A stretch of 51,841 nt of DNA from Candidatus Woesearchaeota archaeon (lineage in GTDB: Archaea > Nanobdellota > Nanobdellia > Woesearchaeales > GW2011-AR4). The DNA lies in NCBI GenBank assembly GCA_016187495.1, contig JACPJP010000007.1, forward strand, positions 1-51,841. The letters are read 5' to 3'. Positions 47,333-51,841 of the stretch are shown here, in pieces (position 1 is the stretch's first letter; the number at the start of each line of letters is the position of its first letter). The position numbers were made by a program, and so were the translations under genes. The notes beneath the pieces are model-generated. The model ran no database searches. It had not been told where the DNA came from and was given only the letters and a program-made list of their open reading frames with translations.

Positions 47333-48343
47333 ATGTATTTCATAGCAAGCAGGAACGATAATGATTCATTAGAACTATCAAAGAGCATAGCATCTTACCT
47401 AAAGAAAAAAAACATAGAAGTTGAAATAGATGAAAATGTCAAGGCAAGTGGAAACAAAAAAAGGATATCAGAAACAAACGCAGATTGCATATTGGCAATA
47501 GGGGACGATAATTTAATACTGCAAACATTCCGCAATCTGGGCAAAAAGCAGATTCCTGTTTTAGGGATAGCATCAATGCAAAGCTTTCTTGCGCAGTCAG
47601 ATGCAACAAATTTTCGGCAGCATATAGGCCTAATAGGGAGGAAAAGGTATGAAATACGGAAAAAATCTAGGATAGTCGCCTCGTTCAATAACCAAAAATA
47701 CCCTGCACTGAATGACATTGGTATTTTTCCGGCAAAAAGCGCATCTTTGATAAGGTATACTTTAAATATAAATGACAGCCAGCTGTGGAAAGACTCTGCG
47801 GATGGTATTATCATATCAACCCCTACCGGAAGCACAGGCTACACTTATTCTGCTTATGGTCCCATCATTCTTGATGAGCCAGATATATTGTCTGTTACGC
47901 CCATCGCTTCAATAGAAAAAAAAACCACAGTAATAGTATCTGACAAGTCCTTAATAAAAATAAGCGGAATACAGACAGCAATGCCTATAGTCCTAATGGA
48001 TGGCGATGTAAGGGTTCCATTAAAAAGTGATTATGTGGAAATTGAAAGGTCAAAATGTGATGCATTGTTCATAGAGTTCTCGAAAGAGTATGCAATAGAG
48101 AAAAAATTAAAGAAAAGGACTTTAACAGTAGCTTCTTCGCATATAAAGAATCTGCCTCCGAGTGCAAAGCTCGTTTTCAAAGTGTTGTCATATGAAGGCG
48201 ACTTGACGCAAAAGGAGGTAGTTAACGCAACAGGCCTTCCGGAAAGGACAGTAAGATATGCTTTGGAGCTTTTATTGAGGAAAGGATTAATAACGCAAAG
48301 CCCTTACCTTAATGATGCCCGTCAAACGGTTTATGGAGTTTGA
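47333..48343 (+). CDS. nadK: NAD kinase fused to a C-terminal winged-helix DNA-binding domain
   Basis: The NAD kinase motifs are ILAIGDDN (GGDG-like) and ISTPTGSTGYTYSAYGPI. The last roughly 70 aa (LPPSAKLVFKVLSYEGDLTQKEVVNATGLPERTVRYALELLLRKGLI) form a MarR/TrmB-like wHTH. Confidence 0.8.
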   Translation: MYFIASRNDNDSLELSKSIASYLKKKNIEVEIDENVKASGNKKRISETNADCILAIGDDNLILQTFRNLGKKQIPVLGIASMQSFLAQSDATNFRQHIGLIGRKRYEIRKKSRIVASFNNQKYPALNDIGIFPAKSASLIRYTLNINDSQLWKDSADGIIISTPTGSTGYTYSAYGPIILDEPDILSVTPIASIEKKTTVIVSDKSLIKISGIQTAMPIVLMDGDVRVPLKSDYVEIERSKCDALFIEFSKEYAIEKKLKKRTLTVASSHIKNLPPSAKLVFKVLSYEGDLTQKEVVNATGLPERTVRYALELLLRKGLITQSPYLNDARQTVYGV

Positions 48344-48394
48344 AAAAGTTAGTATAACCATCTTCTTGGGTATCATTTTACCATTAGTTTACCA

Positions 48395-48721
48395 TTATAG
48401 ATCTAATAACAGGGGGATAATAGAACTGCTTCCTATTTCCTTAGTTATCTCCTTAATTTTATCATAACGATCCATGTTCAAATAATACTTCCAACCGTGT
48501 TTTTTCTTTTTCTTGATACAGATTTTTTGCTTGACCAATGCTTCTAAAATAGACTCTATCTTATCTTTGCTTATGTTTAGCTTCGAAAATTCCCTATCGG
48601 CAAGTCCTTTTGCAAGATTATCAAAATATATAGAGCCTTTACCCCAACAATCTGCTTTGAAAAGGTTTCTGCAAATAGACCTGCTTGCAATAATGTATTC
48701 CCATCTTTTTACTTTAGTCAT
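48395..48721 (-). CDS. hypothetical protein
   Basis: The ORF runs from the first ATG (MTKVKRWEY...) and is 108 aa. I recognised no family. Confidence 0.35.
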   Translation of the reverse strand: MTKVKRWEYIIASRSICRNLFKADCWGKGSIYFDNLAKGLADREFSKLNISKDKIESILEALVKQKICIKKKKKHGWKYYLNMDRYDKIKEITKEIGSSSIIPLLLDL

Positions 48722-48992
48722 CTTATTTATAAATAAAACTTGAAACAATCAAAACTTATATTTATATTTTGTGGTATTTTTTAAACCTTCAAAGGCTATT
48801 TTTATATATATATAAGGCTAAATATCGAAACATTTAAATATATACTATATGATTATCATAATAATATTATTAATAAATAATAAGGGGAGTTTAGTAAATG
48901 GAAAAAAAGGGTGTTGCTGCAAATAATGTAATATTTTTCTTTTTAAAATTGGTGATAGATTGATGTGTAATGACTAAATAAAAGTATGCAAA

Positions 48993-49364
48993 ATGAAATC
49001 AATATTTTTAAAGAAACAGGGGGCAACGCCGAAAAACAAGGTTTTGGACTTTTTGATTACTTACTCGGAGTTGGATTATTCTCTAAAGGAAATATCCAAG
49101 TATTCGGGAGCAGGTTACTCTACAATCAAACTATTAATCAAGAAATTGGAGAAAGACAAATGGATAATACCAACAAGAAAAATCTCAAAGATTGTACTCT
49201 ATAAGTTAAATATAGAAAACCCAGAAGTAAAAAAATTTATAGATTTTTATTGGGAAGTTATTGAAAATGAAATTAAATGGAAGGAAAAAGGTAAATCAGG
49301 ACATAAAGAAGATTACATTTACGCTCCATCTGTAGGGATTACAATGTCTGCAAAGAATGTTTAA
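48993..49364 (+). CDS. hypothetical winged-helix-like protein
   Basis: KVLDFLITYSELDYSLKEISKYSGAGYSTIKLLIKKLEKDKWIIPTRK resembles a wHTH. Confidence 0.45.
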   Translation: MKSIFLKKQGATPKNKVLDFLITYSELDYSLKEISKYSGAGYSTIKLLIKKLEKDKWIIPTRKISKIVLYKLNIENPEVKKFIDFYWEVIENEIKWKEKGKSGHKEDYIYAPSVGITMSAKNV

Positions 49365-49565
49365 TAAATTTGAAATAAACCAACTTCTAGAAATTCCCAC
49401 GACTTTTTAACGCAAAACCTTTCGCACAATCGGGGAATGCAAACTCAAAGAGATTCACATAATGGGAGGTTATACAAACATTTTTTCTTCAGAAATTTTA
49501 ACCGTATGATACATACCATCTACAATAAACAATAAGCTATAGAACAAGAAATCAATAAGTTTCTA

Positions 49566-49787
49566 TTATTTTCTCCTTGCGCCTATTCCCTTAGAGACAC
49601 GACGAGGCTTGTTGTATCTCCAAAATAATCCGATGGTTCTGTCATCTTCCTGCCTCTGCTTCTGCTGTTCAGAAGTGAGATCCGGAAGAGTAAAAGTCAT
49701 AGTAGATGGCTGCTCTTTTCTGAACTTGGCATATCTTTCCCTTTTTGGATTTACTTTCTTTTTCTTATTCTTGTTTTTCTTTCCCAT
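49566..49787 (-). CDS. hypothetical highly basic small protein
   Basis: The ORF is 73 aa and Lys/Arg-rich at both ends. I recognised no family. Confidence 0.3.
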   Translation of the reverse strand: MGKKNKNKKKKVNPKRERYAKFRKEQPSTMTFTLPDLTSEQQKQRQEDDRTIGLFWRYNKPRRVSKGIGARRK

Positions 49788-49910
49788 AAGTATCGCTAAA
49801 ACGCTATTTCGTGCCTATTTAAAAACTTTTACTTGGAACACTGCAAAAACCTTATTTTGGTTCTCCAGCCATTTCGCCATCCCCTCATACTTTAGTCCTA
49901 TGTGTTTAGT

Positions 49911-50876
49911 CACATAATTGGTTTACATTTCTGCTTCTTTATAAACCAAGTAAAAACTCCAACTTTGGTGATATAAAATGTACAAACTGAATGAAAAAAA
50001 CGTAAATGGATAATAAGAAGAATAAAGGCAGGAATACCTAAATCAAGGATTGCTTTATCTATGAAGATAAGCAGGATGGCAGTATGGAAGATAGAGCAAA
50101 AATACAAAAAATGGGGTAAAGAAGGGCTAAAGGATAGTAGACCAGGAAGGCTCTTTGAGCCTTTAAACTCCAAATTCTATGAATCGGTTATATCAGAATG
50201 GAAGAAATACAAATGTGGAGCAAGAAATCTTCATGCGATATTCAGGAAGAAAGGATTTAAGGTTTCTAGACGCAAAATAGAACAAGTTCTAGTTAAAGAA
50301 GGCTTTCAAAAACCATTCCCTAAAAGAAGAAAGCCTAGAAAGTACAAACGGTATGAATGGCCCCTGCCAAACTACATGTGGCACACGGATTGGCATGTCA
50401 TTAAGGCTAAAAAACTGAAAGGCAAGAAAATACTTCTGTATCTTGATGATTGTTCAAGAAAAATTATGGGGTATATAATTGGTGCAGAGAACACTAAGAA
50501 TTCTCTGTTAGCACTTTATAGCGCAATTGCTAAAAATCTAGTAACACCATTTATATTAAACAGCGATAGGGGGTCCCAGTTTATTTCAAATAAACTGGAC
50601 AAGAAAGGAAAAGCAACACATGAATTTCAGGAAGCGCTAACTAAACTAGGAATAATCTTTGTACCGTCAAAGAGGAGGCATCCCCAGACAAATGGGAAGA
50701 TGGAGAAGTTCTTTGATATTCTTGATAAAGAATTTGATGAGAGATTTGAAACGATTGACGAGTTTATAGAATGGTACAACAATGAAAGACCGAGTGAAGC
50801 AGTGGATTATATGACTCCAAACGAGGCATACAAAAAGAGGCTTTAAAAACCCGTTAAAGTGTAAACCAATTTCGTG
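49911..50876 (+). mobile_element. insertion sequence with about 12-18-bp terminal inverted repeats (core AATTGGTTTACA)
   Basis: The left repeat is aattggtttaca at 49916-49927. The right repeat is tgtaaaccaatt at 50860-50871. They enclose a DDE (rve) transposase gene. The exact ends are uncertain by a few nt. Confidence 0.7.
49978..50846 (+). CDS. DDE (integrase-core, IS481/IS3-like) transposase; the N-terminal HTH is reached from the ATG at 49978 only via a -1 shift in the A7 run at 49994-50000
   Basis: The catalytic residues are in WHTDWH (D), NSDRGSQF (D) and TNGKMEKFF (E). The HTH-like RKWIIRRIKAGIPKSRIALSMKISRMAVWKIEQKYKKWGKEGLKD is in frame with the core but has no upstream ATG. MYKLNEK is in the +1-offset frame. 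Confidence 0.7.
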
Positions 50877-50930
50877 GCGTGTAAACCAAAATCGGTACTA
50901 TAGGTTCTAGCGTCTAGAAGTGTATTGGCG

Positions 50931-51050
50931 GTCACGATTTTGGTTTACATTTTTGGCAGGATTGATGCATAAGTACTTTTTCTACATCATAGGTATACTA
51001 ATATCAAAAATTTACGTGGCAAAAAAGTGTAAACTAATTTCGGTACTATA
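50931..51050. mobile_element. MITE-like element bounded by IS-related inverted repeats
   Basis: cgattttggtttaca (50935-50949) faces tgtaaactaatttcg (51028-42). It has no coding capacity. A further solo end, tgtaaaccaaaatcg, lies at 50880-50894. Confidence 0.45.
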
Positions 51051-51105
51051 CAATTAAGCCTCAGAAACGTTAGATTTATATAATCAGAGGTATAATAATG
51101 TTATA

Positions 51106-51285
51106 ATGCCAGAAACAATAGTTGTAAACAAAAAAGCAATTTTCGATTTAGTTCGAGTGAAAGATGAGTTCGATTCTATAGTTGAAAGTCTGGAATTAAT
51201 GGCAGATAAGGAATTTATGAATTCATACACCATATCAAAAGGGCAAATCAAAAAAAGAGATTTCGCTGATTGGAATGAGTTATAA
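51106..51285 (+). CDS. antitoxin of the RelE-type toxin (59 aa); absent from the ORF track
   Basis: It translates as MPETIVVNKKAIFDLVRVKDEFDSIVESLELMADKEFMNSYTISKGQIKKRDFADWNEL and overlaps the toxin gene by 11 nt. The antisense ORF at 51084..51296 is spurious. Confidence 0.6.
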   Translation: MPETIVVNKKAIFDLVRVKDEFDSIVESLELMADKEFMNSYTISKGQIKKRDFADWNEL

Positions 51286-51529
51286 TATCCTGCCAACTAA
51301 TGAGTTTTCTAAGGATTTTAAGAAATTAGACCCTCAATTACAGAAAAGAATAAAGACCAAGATTGAAGAGGTTGCGGAAGATCCAACTCATTACAAGCAC
51401 TTACATTATGATTTAAAAGGATCGTGCAGATTATGGATAGGAAAATTGCGAATTATCTTTTCATATGAGTCCGAAAAGCAAGAACTCTATCCTGAGAAAA
51501 TTGTTTTTGGCCATAAATATAGGGATTGA
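51275..51529 (+). CDS. relE: RelE/ParE-family toxin
   Basis: YNILPTNEFSKDFKKLDPQLQKRIKTKIEEVAEDP...LKGSCRLWIGKLRIIFSY...IVFGHKYRD matches the RelE/ParE pattern. Confidence 0.8.
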   Translation: MSYNILPTNEFSKDFKKLDPQLQKRIKTKIEEVAEDPTHYKHLHYDLKGSCRLWIGKLRIIFSYESEKQELYPEKIVFGHKYRD

Positions 51530-51558
51530 ATTGAGCGAGTAATGTTCCGTAGGCTTTG

Positions 51559-51614
51559 CGTTTAATCCCACGTTGTACGCATTACTTGTTAGTGCGTGTT
51601 TGCAGGATTAAACG
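51559..51614. other. nested stem-loop: a 10-bp outer stem CGTTTAATCC/GGATTAAACG and a 5-bp inner stem ACGCA/TGCGT
   Basis: It was read directly from the sequence. It starts 30 nt downstream of the relE stop and is more GC-rich than its surroundings. Confidence 0.3.
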
Positions 51615-51732
51615 AAAGGAAGAAGGCTAAGTTTTAGGTTTAACTATAGACAAAGAGGCATTATTCATCTAGCATTGTAAACTATCTTATACTGAACTAA
51701 GAGACCGTAATAATTTTTGCTGAAACTCATTT

Positions 51733-51841
51733 TTAATTTGCATCCATCTTCATAAATGTTTCGTCATACGCTCGCCAAAATATACACCAAGCTGGTTCAC
51801 CATCTGGCTCCAGTCCCTTATTGACCTCCATTTGTCCGACG
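51733..51841 (-). CDS. 3' end of an unidentified gene that continues beyond the window
   Basis: The minus-strand frame is open from the window edge (...VGQMEVNKGLEPDGEPAWCIFWRAYDETFMKMDAN-stop at 51735-51733). I could not assign a family. Confidence 0.2.
   Translation of the reverse strand, partial: VGQMEVNKGLEPDGEPAWCIFWRAYDETFMKMDAN

Noticed and set aside
48749-48992. The AT-rich 240-bp spacer with (TA)n runs and a 21-codon mini-ORF (48899-48964) as a possible origin or regulatory element.
   Set aside because: It contains only low-complexity A/T sequence, with no ORB-like repeats or convincing palindromes. It is probably just a divergent promoter region.
1-51841. CRISPR arrays, rRNA genes, or prophage or large defence islands.
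   Set aside because: I saw no regularly spaced direct repeats, no rRNA-like GC-rich blocks, and no phage structural or integrase-attachment signatures. The only mobile features are the intein, the IS/MITE segment and the toxin-antitoxin pairs.

Overview
This is a gene-dense, visibly AT-rich archaeal chromosomal segment. Archaeal markers present are TFB, Alba, ribosomal protein L10e, a family-B DNA polymerase, the RFC large subunit, and a single-OB SSB with an acidic tail. The compact layout and interrupted tRNAs suggest a small-genome, DPANN-like lineage, but that is inference only.

The core content is housekeeping. It includes polB, four aminoacyl-tRNA synthetases (ileS, glyS, valS, cysS), cysE, topA, tfb, albA, rpl10e, an ssb-like gene, rfcL, a nadA-nadC-nadB operon, a nadK fusion, a MoeB/UbaA-like E1, an Lpd-like flavoprotein and a YggS-type protein. 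Interspersed with these are the tail of a gas-vesicle cluster, a type IV pilus/archaellum-type ATPase plus membrane platform pair, and several secreted or membrane proteins (CE4-like deacetylase, PLD-like protein, S16 Lon-like protease, SNF transporter). There are also three type II toxin-antitoxin modules (AbrB-PIN, MNT-HEPN, RelB-RelE) and an IS element with MITE-like debris.

The most notable hand-derived observations are:
- Both tRNA genes in the window, tRNA-Phe(GAA) and tRNA-Cys(GCA), only fold into cloverleaves after removing multiple short insertions at non-canonical positions.
- A 512-aa LAGLIDADG intein interrupts the pilus/archaellum-type ATPase.
- The RFC large-subunit gene is broken by a perfect 20-bp tandem duplication.
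- The PIN toxin gene carries an in-frame TAA.
- NAD kinase is fused to a winged helix and sits divergent to nadABC, across a palindrome-bearing spacer.
- The transposase needs a -1 shift at an A7 run.

I saw no CRISPR array and no rRNA. All coordinates, translations and folds were done by hand and need computational confirmation.
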